Assembly: GCA_041619515.1 (NCBI GenBank)
Contig: JBFKDW010000007.1
Location: 1 to 62,227, forward strand
Length of the DNA stretch: 62,227 nt
Source: Acidimicrobiia bacterium
Lineage (GTDB): Bacteria > Actinomycetota > Acidimicrobiia > Spongiisociales > SHLN01
Direction of reading: 5' to 3'
Part shown: one piece after another, positions 28,575 through 37,539 of the stretch
How positions within the stretch are numbered: position 1 is the first letter of the stretch
Layout: each line of letters starts with the position of its first letter
Program-made: the position numbers and the translations under genes
The notes under the pieces: model-generated
What the model was told of the DNA's origin: nothing
What the model saw: the letters and a program-made list of their open reading frames with translations, nothing else
Databases searched by the model: none

Positions 28575-30001
28575 GGCGCCATCACCTCCCGGGCCACAGC
28601 ACGATCGTCGAAGGGGAGCGTGTGCCCGCCGACCTCCTGGCCGGTCTCGTGGCCCTTGCCGAGGATCAGCACAGCATCTTCATGGCTCGCGCCACCGATG
28701 GCCCGTTCGATGGCGCGACGCCGATCCTGCTCGAGCACGACGTCTGCCGGCCCATCGGCTCCGGAGGCGACGGCGTGGATGATGGCAGCGGGATCCTCGG
28801 AGCGGGGATTGTCGGAGGTGATATACAGGACGTCTGCTTGGGAAGCGGCCCGGCCCATCTCGGGACGCTTGGCGGTGTCACGATCCCCACCCGCTCCCAC
28901 GACGACGATCAGCCGGCCCTTCACGAGCGGCCGGATGGATTCGAGCACCTGGTCGATGCCGTGGGGGGTGTGGGCATAATCGACGATGACCGCCGGCCCC
29001 TCGCCGGTGACTACCGGCTCCATTCGGCCCGGGATCGGCTCGATTGATGTGAGGCCGGCAGCGGCCGCCGCCAGCTCGTACCCCATGGCGTGACAGCAGG
29101 CGGCTGCCATGAGGGCGTTCTCTACGTTGAATCGCCCTCCCAGGGGAAGCATTACGGCGGCTTCGCCGGCGGGGCCGACTATCCGGAAGCGGCTCGTGAC
29201 GAGCCCGGCCTCTACGTCCGCGGCGTGGAAGTCACCACCGGCCCCCACCGAGATGAAGGGGCGATCGATCATCTTCGCCAACCGGCGGCCATAGGCGTCG
29301 TCCACGTTGATGACGGCGGCGGCCCCGGTCCCCTCGAACAGGGAGGCCTTGGCCCGGAAATACGCCTCCATGTCCCCGTGCAAGTCGAGATGATCCTGGC
29401 TCAGGTTGGTGAACGCCACCACGGCGAACTCGGTGGCAGCGGTGCGGCCGAACACGAGAGCATGGGATGAGACCTCGACCGCGGCCACGTCGACGCCCTC
29501 GTCCACCATGGTGCGCAGGAGACGCTGGAAGTCCGACGCCTCCGGTGACGTGCGCTCCAAGCTGAAGGACCGCGGACCGATGCGGGCACCAACGGTTCCG
29601 ACCACGCCGGGAACGTCGCCGGCGGCTTCGACGATGGATGCCACCATGTGCGCGACGGTGGTCTTCCCGTTTGTGCCGGTCACACCGACCACCTTGAGGT
29701 GACGCGAGGGGTGGCCGTGGACCTCGGCCGCCAATGCCGGCAGCACGGCCCGGGTGTCGGCGACGACCAGCAGCGGAAGGGCGGCCGGTCGCGCAACCTC
29801 GACACAGGCAGCAGACGCGGCCGTCGTGGCAACGAAGTCGTGGCCGTCGCGATGTGCGCCCCGGATGGCGACGAACAGGTCACCGGGCCCGGCGAGCCTG
29901 CTGTCGTGCGTGACGTCGCCGATGGGTGTCGCTCCGTCGCCGATCACCCGCCCGGCGCCCACCTCGGCCAGTCGCGCAAGCGTGGAGGGCTCACTGGGCA
30001 T
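28571..30001 (-). CDS. murE: UDP-MurNAc-dipeptide--meso-DAP ligase
   Basis: GTNGKTT, EVSSH, TNLSQDHLD, DYAHTP, DNPR (meso-DAP specificity) and GKGHE motifs. Confidence 0.96.
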   Translation of the reverse strand: MPSEPSTLARLAEVGAGRVIGDGATPIGDVTHDSRLAGPGDLFVAIRGAHRDGHDFVATTAASAACVEVARPAALPLLVVADTRAVLPALAAEVHGHPSRHLKVVGVTGTNGKTTVAHMVASIVEAAGDVPGVVGTVGARIGPRSFSLERTSPEASDFQRLLRTMVDEGVDVAAVEVSSHALVFGRTAATEFAVVAFTNLSQDHLDLHGDMEAYFRAKASLFEGTGAAAVINVDDAYGRRLAKMIDRPFISVGAGGDFHAADVEAGLVTSRFRIVGPAGEAAVMLPLGGRFNVENALMAAACCHAMGYELAAAAAGLTSIEPIPGRMEPVVTGEGPAVIVDYAHTPHGIDQVLESIRPLVKGRLIVVVGAGGDRDTAKRPEMGRAASQADVLYITSDNPRSEDPAAIIHAVASGADGPADVVLEQDRRRAIERAIGGASHEDAVLILGKGHETGQEVGGHTLPFDDRAVAREVMAP

Positions 30002-31709
30002 CAGGAGGGACTCCCAGCTGGTGGAGCGCGAACCGCATGACCCGGGAAAAGGCCGGGGCCGCCGCCACCCCGCCGGTGCGCTTCTTGTCGGCGCTCGGCG
30101 AATCGACGAAGACACCGATGGCCAGCCTCGGGCGGTCGGTGGGCCCTATCCCGATGAAGCTGGCCACCACGTCATCTCCGTAGCAGCCGGGGGTCACCGC
30201 CTCGGGACAGGTGAGATCGGGCTCGAACTTCTCGGTCGTCCCGGTCTTCCCGCCCACCGTGTAGCCGGGAACCTGGGCGAGCGAGCCGGTGCCCCCTTCG
30301 ACCACCCCGGTGAGCAGGTTGCGCATGATCTGGGCGGTCTCGACGGAGAGCACCCGCTGGCGCTGCTGGTCGAAGGTGGAAGCCTCGCCATCGGCCTCGA
30401 TGAAGGCTTCGACCACCTGGGGCTGCATCCAGACTCCGTCGTTGCCGACGGTGGCGAACACCGAGGTCATCTGCAGCGGTGTCACCGACACTCGATATCC
30501 GATTGAGGTGGACGCCCCGCACGAATCACACCATTCCTCGGCTGGCTGCAGCACTCCGGGTGCCTCTCCCGGAAAGTCGATGCCCGAATAGGTCCCGAGG
30601 CCGAAGCCCTGCAGGTAGCGGTAGAGGAGCGGATCGCCGAGCTCTTGCCACACGAGGATGGTGCCGACGTTCGATGATCGGGCGACGATATCGGCGACGG
30701 TCATCTCCTGGGTTTCGTGCTCGGAGAAGTCGAAGTACTCGCGATCGAACACCTGGATGCGGTCCGGCACCTCGAACACGCGGTCCGGTGTGACGATCCC
30801 CTCTTCGATAGCGGCGGCGATCGTTATCAGCTTCTGAGTCGAACCTGGCTCGAATGTGTCCGTGACGACCCGGTTGCGAAACAGGTCGGGATCGCCACCG
30901 ATGTCGTTCGGATCGAATGTGGGAGCGCTCGCCATTGCCAGAACCTCGAAGGTGGTCACGTCTAGGACGACGATGTGCACCGCTTCGGCTCCCGTTTCCT
31001 CCAGTGTGGCGGTCGCCTCCTGCTGGGCGAAGAACTGCAGCTCTCCGTCGAGGGTGAGGACGAGGTCTTTGCCGCGTACCGCCTCACGCACCTCGTATTC
31101 ACCCTGCGGGATGACCCGGCCCCGGCCCGAACGCTCGAAAATGAGCTGTCCGGGCTGGCCGGTGAGCACGTCTTCGTAGAAATGCTCGACGCCTTCCAAG
31201 CCGTCGTTGTCGGTGCCGACGAACCCGAGGACCTGGGCAGCCAGGTCGCCCGAGGGGTACACCCGCCTGGGCTCGGCCACGAAGTGAACGCCGTCGAGCT
31301 CGAGTGCCCGGATGGCATCGGCCTCGGCCGTGAGCAGCTTGCGGGCGATGTACACGAAGCTCGTGTCCTGCTCGAGCTCGGCCTGAAGCTCGCCCACCGG
31401 CCGCCCGAGCAGGCCGGACAGCGCGGCAGCCGTCAGGCCGGGCTCGGTGATCTCGCGGGGGTTGGCGTATACCGTTGTCGCCTCGATCGTCAACGCCAGC
31501 TCCCGGCCGTCCCGATCGAATATGGTTCCCCGATCGGCTTCGAGGGTGACGGTCCGCAATCGTTGATCGAGCGCCTGGTTTTCGAGAGTTTGTGCCTGGA
31601 CCCCCTGAACGAACACCAGCTTGACTCCGATGACCACCCATGCCGCCAGAAAGGCGGCGCCGACGAAGAAGAGCCTCAGATGCTGGGGGCGCCACCTCCT
31701 GCGCCCCAT
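29991..31709 (-). CDS. ftsI: Class B penicillin-binding protein FtsI
   Basis: RGTIFDRDG, RVYP, GSTQK (SxxK), SSN and KTGT motifs; no PASTA domains. Confidence 0.93.
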   Translation of the reverse strand: MGRRRWRPQHLRLFFVGAAFLAAWVVIGVKLVFVQGVQAQTLENQALDQRLRTVTLEADRGTIFDRDGRELALTIEATTVYANPREITEPGLTAAALSGLLGRPVGELQAELEQDTSFVYIARKLLTAEADAIRALELDGVHFVAEPRRVYPSGDLAAQVLGFVGTDNDGLEGVEHFYEDVLTGQPGQLIFERSGRGRVIPQGEYEVREAVRGKDLVLTLDGELQFFAQQEATATLEETGAEAVHIVVLDVTTFEVLAMASAPTFDPNDIGGDPDLFRNRVVTDTFEPGSTQKLITIAAAIEEGIVTPDRVFEVPDRIQVFDREYFDFSEHETQEMTVADIVARSSNVGTILVWQELGDPLLYRYLQGFGLGTYSGIDFPGEAPGVLQPAEEWCDSCGASTSIGYRVSVTPLQMTSVFATVGNDGVWMQPQVVEAFIEADGEASTFDQQRQRVLSVETAQIMRNLLTGVVEGGTGSLAQVPGYTVGGKTGTTEKFEPDLTCPEAVTPGCYGDDVVASFIGIGPTDRPRLAIGVFVDSPSADKKRTGGVAAAPAFSRVMRFALHQLGVPPDAQ

Positions 31710-31765
31710 CGTCTAGTGCTCCGACCGGCCCGAGTCGCCGCAGGAGGGTGCAGCGCTCAGCCCGG

Positions 31766-32179
31766 TCATCGCGCCCCCACGGTGGCAATGAGCGGCGTCG
31801 AGCCGGTCGCGGCCAGCTCGCCGATCTCGTCGTCCGAAACAGGCATCGGAGCGAAGACCGTTCGCGCCTCCTCCGGCAGAACCATTCCCATCCGCTCCGC
31901 CTCGGAGTAGATGCGTTGTGGAGATTCGAGTTGGGCAACTTCCAGGCGCAGCTCGTCGAACCGGCTCTCCTGCTCTGAGATCAACCCCTCGAGTTTGGTG
32001 ATCTCGAAGGCCGCCCGATCGAGGAAGATCCGCGAGTAGATGAGTGTGAAGAACATCAGGACCGCAAGCACCAGCCCACCAACTTGCCGCACGCCGATCC
32101 GGGCCGGATCACGGCTGCGGCCGGGTATGACCCGCAGGCGGGAGCGCGGAGCCCGTGCCGGTGCGGTCCGGGTCGCCAT
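31766..32179 (-). CDS. ftsL: Cell division protein FtsL-like
   Basis: TM helix, coiled coil and LESPQRIYSEAERMGM; lies between rsmH and ftsI. Confidence 0.8.
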   Translation of the reverse strand: MATRTAPARAPRSRLRVIPGRSRDPARIGVRQVGGLVLAVLMFFTLIYSRIFLDRAAFEITKLEGLISEQESRFDELRLEVAQLESPQRIYSEAERMGMVLPEEARTVFAPMPVSDDEIGELAATGSTPLIATVGAR

Positions 32180-33105
32180 CAGCCGGCCCCCTCCACTCGT
32201 TCGACGGCCCTGAGCTTGGCGCTGCGAGCCCTCGGGTTCCTGCTGATCTCTCCTTCGTCGGGAGTGATCGGCTTGCGAACCAGCAGGCGGAAAGCAGGAG
32301 CGACGGCCGGCATCACTACCGGCAGGGAAGTGTCATCCGGTGTGGAGGAGGCTGACACCAGCCGCCGCTTGACTATGCGATCTTCCAGGGAGTGATAGGC
32401 GATCACCACGATCCGGCCCCCGGGGGCGACGAGCTCGAGGGCCGCATCGAGCCCTTCTTCGAGCGCGGCCAACTCGTCGTTGACGGCAATCCGAATCGCC
32501 TGAAAGGTACGACGTGCCGGATGGCCGCCCGTCCTGCGGGTAGCCGCCGGTATTGCCAGTTTGACGATCTCGGCGAGCGCAGCCGTATCTGTGATGGGAC
32601 GGGCGTTGACGATGGCGCGGGCGACCCGCCCGGCGAACCGCTCTTGGCCGTAGCGAACCAGGATCCGGCGAAGGTCGGCCTCCGCCCAGTCATTGACCAC
32701 CTGGTGGGCGGTGAGTTCACCAGCGTCCATCCGCATATCAAGAGGGCCGCTTCTGCGAAAGCCAAAACCTCGCGCGGGGTCGTCCAGCTGTAGAGAGGAA
32801 AGTCCAAGATCAAAGAAGACGCCCGTGATCGCATCGAGTTCCTCCTCCTCAGCTACTCGGGCGAGGTGACGGAAATCGGAGTTCACGAAGCGAACCCTGG
32901 GGCCGAGCGTTGCGGCGCGGTCCTCCGCTTCCGGGTCCCGGTCGAGTGCTAGGAACCGGACTCCGGGGCCGAGTACGTCCAGGAGATGCCGGGTGTGCCC
33001 TCCCCCGCCGAAGGTGGCGTCGACTATCACTCCCGCTTCGACCGGCCGGAAGAGGTCGCCTACCTGCTCGGCCAGAACCGGTAGGTGCTGTGGAGCCTGG
33101 TGCAT
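32179..33105 (-). CDS. rsmH: 16S rRNA m4C1402 methyltransferase RsmH/MraW
   Basis: HLPVL, DATFGGGGH, DLGLSS, PLDMRM, FQAIRIAVNDEL and NPRARSAKLR motifs. Confidence 0.97.
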   Translation of the reverse strand: MHQAPQHLPVLAEQVGDLFRPVEAGVIVDATFGGGGHTRHLLDVLGPGVRFLALDRDPEAEDRAATLGPRVRFVNSDFRHLARVAEEEELDAITGVFFDLGLSSLQLDDPARGFGFRRSGPLDMRMDAGELTAHQVVNDWAEADLRRILVRYGQERFAGRVARAIVNARPITDTAALAEIVKLAIPAATRRTGGHPARRTFQAIRIAVNDELAALEEGLDAALELVAPGGRIVVIAYHSLEDRIVKRRLVSASSTPDDTSLPVVMPAVAPAFRLLVRKPITPDEGEISRNPRARSAKLRAVERVEGAG

Positions 33106-33189
33106 TGCCAGCCCCCCGGAGCGCTGGCGCCAAAATGGAAGCGGGCGGAGTAAGGGGCCTTCCATATGGCATCCGGGGGGCTGGCAATG
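33103..33189 (-). promoter_or_regulatory. Long cis-regulatory hairpin in the rsmH leader (mraW RNA motif-like)
   Basis: Perfect 18-bp inverted repeat (33103-33120 / 33172-33189) that includes the rsmH ATG; inner stems GCCA/TGGC and ATGGAAG/CTTCCAT; pyrimidine-rich loop. Confidence 0.7.
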
Positions 33190-33236
33190 AACCCTGCCCT
33201 ACATTTTCAAGCTCTGATCCCTCCTCGGCTGTGGCA

Positions 33237-33668
33237 TCAGATGCCCAGCTCGCTGAGTGCTTCTTCGATGTCTGAGTACTCGGCGTCGGCGTTGGTCGTG
33301 ACGTCCTGCCAGGTGCCGGCGTTCCAGATTTCCACGCGCTCTCCGACGCCGACCACACAGACCTCCTTCTCGAGCCCTGCGTAGTCGCGGAGGCTGGCAG
33401 GAATCTGGATGCGACCCTGCTTGTCCAGTTTCTGGTCGATCGCTCCTGCGAAGAAGACCCGAGAATAGTTACGCAGCCGTCGATCGGTGCGCGGAAGTGA
33501 GCGAATTCTTTCGACTTCCTGTTCCCACTGCTTGGGGGTGAACACAAAGAGGCAGCGGTCCTGGCCTTTGGTGATGTAGCAGCCTTTGGCGAGTTCGTCC
33601 CGGAATCGACTGGGGAGCACGATCCGACCCTTCGGGTCGATTGTGTGTTGGTGCTCTCCCAGAAACAC
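33237..33668 (-). CDS. mraZ: dcw cluster transcriptional regulator MraZ
   Basis: FLGEHQHTIDPKGRIVLP, DKQGRIQIP and VGVGERVEIW motifs. Confidence 0.97.
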   Translation of the reverse strand: MFLGEHQHTIDPKGRIVLPSRFRDELAKGCYITKGQDRCLFVFTPKQWEQEVERIRSLPRTDRRLRNYSRVFFAGAIDQKLDKQGRIQIPASLRDYAGLEKEVCVVGVGERVEIWNAGTWQDVTTNADAEYSDIEEALSELGI

Positions 33669-33723
33669 GATTCCATCCTGTCTGCCTGTCCTCGGTGAGC
33701 CTCAGCGGCTCGTGGCTGGTCCT

Positions 33724-33779
33724 CCACTTCGCGCCACTATGGTCCCTTTTGTTCCACTTGTCAAACATTTCGACCCATT
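33724..33779 (-). promoter_or_regulatory. mraZ/dcw promoter overlapped by six 10-nt-periodic MraZ boxes
   Basis: -35 TTGACA (33759-33764)-17 nt- -10 CATAGT (33736-33741); minus-strand hexamers AATGGG, AATGTT, AAGTGG, AAAGGG, TAGTGG, AAGTGG at exact 10-nt spacing. Confidence 0.8.
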
Positions 33780-33889
33780 TTGTCTCTGTCGAGCCGTGGA
33801 AAGGATGAGCCCGGCCGGAGGAGACATCGAGCGCCTTCTGCGGGCCCATCCAGCCGAGCGGCAGCCGGGAAGGCGGTAGATTCAGCCGC

Positions 33890-34360
33890 GTGGAGGAGAC
33901 GTTCGTTCCGGCCGGGTTCGACGTGCCGCAGTCATTCGCCGGGCCGGGTTTTCAGCTGGAGCCGCTCGGACCCGAGCACAATGTCCGGGACCACGAGGCC
34001 TGGATGTCGAGCATCGAACATATTCGCTCGACTCCCGGATTCCGATCGTGGTCGTGGCCGGAGCCGATGTCGCTCGAGCGCAACCTGGACGACCTCGTGA
34101 GGCACGCCCGGGACTTCGAGAGCCGTGCGGGGTTCACCTACTCAATCGTCGACGGACAGGCACTGATCGGGTGCGTGTACATCTATCCCTCGGAAGAACC
34201 GGGCCATGACGCCGACGTGCACTCGTGGGTCCGCCAGAGTCGAGCCGAAATGGATGTCGTCGTATGGCGATCCCTCTCCGGGTGGATACGAGAGGAATGG
34301 CCGTTCTCGAACGTGAGGTACGCCCGGAGAGACCGGGGGGCTACGCCCGGCGGCGTTTGA
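33890..34360 (+). CDS. GNAT-like N-acetyltransferase
   Basis: LEPLGPEHN..D.EAWMSS, FTYSIV..IGCVYIYP and VHSWVR pattern; TAGATT-7 nt-GTG leaderless signal. Confidence 0.7.
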   Translation: MEETFVPAGFDVPQSFAGPGFQLEPLGPEHNVRDHEAWMSSIEHIRSTPGFRSWSWPEPMSLERNLDDLVRHARDFESRAGFTYSIVDGQALIGCVYIYPSEEPGHDADVHSWVRQSRAEMDVVVWRSLSGWIREEWPFSNVRYARRDRGATPGGV

Positions 34361-34769
34361 GCTCGGTGCGGAGGGCGTCGTCTGAGTACTCCAGGAGCTC
34401 GGGCCCCCACTCACGTGCCGCCAGCGGGGGCTGAACCTCCATCACGAGCAACTCTTGGACGACATCCCGCAAGGTTCTCGCCCAGGCCCGGCCGCTGGCT
34501 GTGCCGTGCAAGCTGAGCGTGCCATCGGTGTTGACCACATACGCCCGTGCTTCTATTTGCGGGTTGGCCTTCGAGCCGCGCTCGCCGTACACCAGCAGCA
34601 CACACGGAGCGCCGATGTCCTGGATGCCGCCGGTGGCCACGAACTCGCCGTGGTAAGCCCATCCAGTCGACTTGTCGGTATCAACGCGTTCGACCACCTT
34701 GGCCCAATTCTTGCGGCGCTCATCACCGAGCACGGGCACGTCGACGGCAACGGTCACGACAGCTTGCAT
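34341..34769 (-). CDS. Hypothetical protein (142 aa)
   Basis: Clean globular-looking ORF (RRKNWAKVV..VD..KSTGWAYHGEF) with TACAGT upstream. Confidence 0.7.
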   Translation of the reverse strand: MQAVVTVAVDVPVLGDERRKNWAKVVERVDTDKSTGWAYHGEFVATGGIQDIGAPCVLLVYGERGSKANPQIEARAYVVNTDGTLSLHGTASGRAWARTLRDVVQELLVMEVQPPLAAREWGPELLEYSDDALRTELKRRRA

Positions 34770-34938
34770 ACTGGACAACTGTATTGCCTCCGGGCCCCGA
34801 TCGGGAGATCCTCCGCCCGTTCACAGTTGAAGCCCGGCATCACGAAAAGAACTCCCGACCCATGCGGAGAACCCGTCGGCGAGGGACACCCCCGGATTCC
34901 CGGGAGCGCCCCATCCACCGACAACCTGAGCTAACCCC

Positions 34939-36492
34939 TTAGGCCGGGGCCTCGATGAGGCCGGCGTCGAACCGCATGTTGAACACGGCGGGCGACAGCT
35001 CCGCAGCCGGGATATCAATGATCCCGGTGGCAGGGTCGGCGTTGGAATCGACCGCTGTGTTGGCTCCTACTCCCTGGAGGGTGAACGCTGTGTCCGGTGG
35101 GAGGATCACCCGCACCTTCCAGTCCTTCGTAGGATCGACAAAGAAGCTCCACCCACCATTGGCATTCGTCACCCGGGTCTGAACCACGATCCCGTCGTCG
35201 AGCAACTCAAGAGTCACCCCGGCAACCCCCACGTCACCAACGTCGTGGATCCCGTTGCCGTTCATGTCGTTCCACACCTTGTTTCCGACCCGCGCCGAAG
35301 ACGTTTCACTCAACAGACCGGCGTCGAACTGGGTGTGGATCGCACCCGGCGTCAGCTCTGCAGCTGGGATATCGATGATCCCGGTGACAGTGTCGGCGTC
35401 GGAATCGACCCTTTCATTGGTTCCAACATCCTGGGCCGTGAACGTTCTTCCGGCTGGAAGGGTCACCCGCACCTGCCAGTCCTTCGTAGGATCGACAAAG
35501 AACCTCCACCCACCAATGGCATTCGTCATCCGGGTCTGAACCACGACCCCGCCGTCGAGCAACTCAACCGTCACCCCGGCAACCCCCGGCTCGCCGGCAG
35601 TCCGACGTCCGTTGCCGTTCAGGTCGTCCCACACCTTGTCCCCGATCCGAGCCGGCTCCACCGTGCCGTTGGTGGGATAGTCAGCGTCGGTGTCGATCGA
35701 GTTCCACACAACGACTTCTCGCTCCCCGAGGAAGAAGGGGTTGTCGTCGCAAAACTCCGCGGGAATATCAGGAGGATCGGGAACGCAGGGAGTCTCAACA
35801 TCCTTCTTGGCGACACCGATGCCGATGAAGCCCTCCGAGCCGACCGGGTCGTGATCGTCGGATAGGACGTCGGACAACAGCGGATGCCGATGTCCCCAAC
35901 CATCGGAGCTGTCCTCGTACATCCACCTGTAGATGGCGCTTTCGACCCCAAACTCATCGAGAATGGCCCGGGTCGGTGCTGAGAACGCGGAACGGTCGGC
36001 GAGATTCTCGGCAGCGAAGGTTCCGATGTGGCCGACACATCCGGTGCACACCTCTTCGATCCTCGCCTTGGCATCGGGGCGGTGGTCAAACGCGTCGGTA
36101 TCACTTAGGTGCTGCGCCCACTCCTGGGCCACTTGCGTGACCGCCGGGTCGACGTCTATGAAGGGATCCAAGCCCCGCGCTTCGCGCTCTTGGTTAACGA
36201 GCCACAAAGCTTTCTCGCTGGGACTCTTGGCCGCATAGTCGCCCGGGAACGTCGCCGGAAAGGCGGGTATCGTCGTCCCCAGCTGGGTGTTCTCGACCGT
36301 ACGGGCATTGTCGAACGCCTCGCGTACGTCGTCCAGAGTGGACCAGGCGTTGGCCGGGATGTCGGCGGTGGGATCGGGGTAGCTCGTCGCCACGATGGCG
36401 CCGGCGCCGACCGGTATCAGCAGGCCCGCCACAAGCACAGTCACAGACAAAACAATCAGTCGAGCATTCACTCTTCGAGTCACCATCCCCAT
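34939..36492 (-). CDS. Secreted CAP/SCP-domain protein with two SdrD B-like domains
   Basis: Signal peptide; LVNQEREARGL, AQEWAQ, H, AENL and WGHR CAP motifs; two (I/V)G(D/N)KVW.D.NGNG....G..GVAGVT.ELLD repeats. Confidence 0.8.
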   Translation of the reverse strand: MGMVTRRVNARLIVLSVTVLVAGLLIPVGAGAIVATSYPDPTADIPANAWSTLDDVREAFDNARTVENTQLGTTIPAFPATFPGDYAAKSPSEKALWLVNQEREARGLDPFIDVDPAVTQVAQEWAQHLSDTDAFDHRPDAKARIEEVCTGCVGHIGTFAAENLADRSAFSAPTRAILDEFGVESAIYRWMYEDSSDGWGHRHPLLSDVLSDDHDPVGSEGFIGIGVAKKDVETPCVPDPPDIPAEFCDDNPFFLGEREVVVWNSIDTDADYPTNGTVEPARIGDKVWDDLNGNGRRTAGEPGVAGVTVELLDGGVVVQTRMTNAIGGWRFFVDPTKDWQVRVTLPAGRTFTAQDVGTNERVDSDADTVTGIIDIPAAELTPGAIHTQFDAGLLSETSSARVGNKVWNDMNGNGIHDVGDVGVAGVTLELLDDGIVVQTRVTNANGGWSFFVDPTKDWKVRVILPPDTAFTLQGVGANTAVDSNADPATGIIDIPAAELSPAVFNMRFDAGLIEAPA

Positions 36493-36768
36493 CTCCCATC
36501 GATCCTTGGTCCATTTCGACCACCGCCAGCGCGGCCGTGGCTTCTTCCCAGCTATTCCGTCTCACCCCAGCGCATGGATCCGGCGAGCGGGACCCTGAAG
36601 ATAGGCTCCGACGGCACGACCTGTCCAATCCGGTCCCCACGCCGAGGTGAGGTTGGCCCGTTCGTCGGTCACCCGGCGCTCATTTCAGCGCCGGACGGAC
36701 ACGTCCCTCTCCGGACATACCCGTCCTTCGGGCTGGACATCGTTTCCCGGCTGCGGTTGGATTGCGAC

Positions 36769-37518
36769 ATGACGAAATGGGACTCCGGCAGCTACGAGGA
36801 GTTCATGGAGGAGCGCCTGCGTCCCGGGCTCGATCTCATCAACCGCATCGAACATCCGGCACCGGCGCACATCGCGGACCTCGGGTGCGGCACCGGGCGG
36901 CTGACCGCTGCACTGGCGGGTCGCTGGCCGGACGCCTCGGTCGTAGGCGTCGACCGCTCGCCAGAGATGATTGCCGCCGCCCCCGGCGCCAACGTCACCT
37001 TCGAGCTCGGCGACATCGAAACCTGGAGCCCGGCTCGGCCCGTCGATGTGGTGTTTGCCAATGCCAGCCTCCACTGGATTGAGGACCACGCGACGCTCTT
37101 CCCGCGGCTGATTGCGCTGCTATCGCCGGGTGGGGTGCTGGCGGTGCAGATGCCCCTGTCTTGGGATCAGCCGTCCCACCGAGCGCTCCGGGAAGCCGCG
37201 CTCGAGTTCGGTGTCGAGATCGACGCACCACCTACCCAGGAGCCGCAGGATTATCTCGAGATGCTGGCCGGTGAGCCCCTCACGAGGCGGGAGCTGTGGG
37301 TCACCACCTATTACCACGTGCTCACCGGGGAGACGCCGGTCCTGCGCTGGGTTGCGGCGACCGGCATGAAGCGGTTCCTCTCCCGGCTCGAGCCCGGCGA
37401 CGAGCCGCGCTACCGGGCCGAAGCGGCCCGGAGAATCACAGCCGCCTATCCCCCCGACGCCGACGGCGCCACGGTCTTCCCGTTCACCCGCCTGTTCATC
37501 CTGGTGCAGGCAGGTTGA
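36769..37518 (+). CDS. tam: Trans-aconitate 2-methyltransferase-like SAM methyltransferase
   Basis: WD...Y..F..ER.RP, DLGCGTG, NASLHW, LAVQMP and FPFTRLF motifs. Confidence 0.85.
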   Translation: MTKWDSGSYEEFMEERLRPGLDLINRIEHPAPAHIADLGCGTGRLTAALAGRWPDASVVGVDRSPEMIAAAPGANVTFELGDIETWSPARPVDVVFANASLHWIEDHATLFPRLIALLSPGGVLAVQMPLSWDQPSHRALREAALEFGVEIDAPPTQEPQDYLEMLAGEPLTRRELWVTTYYHVLTGETPVLRWVAATGMKRFLSRLEPGDEPRYRAEAARRITAAYPPDADGATVFPFTRLFILVQAG

Positions 37519-37539
37519 GCATCGCCGTATCCTCCGGCG

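Noticed and set aside
34801..34858. TCGGGAG...CTCCCGA inverted repeat as an ncRNA or riboswitch
   Set aside because: Only 7 bp with a long loop and no recognisable aptamer motif
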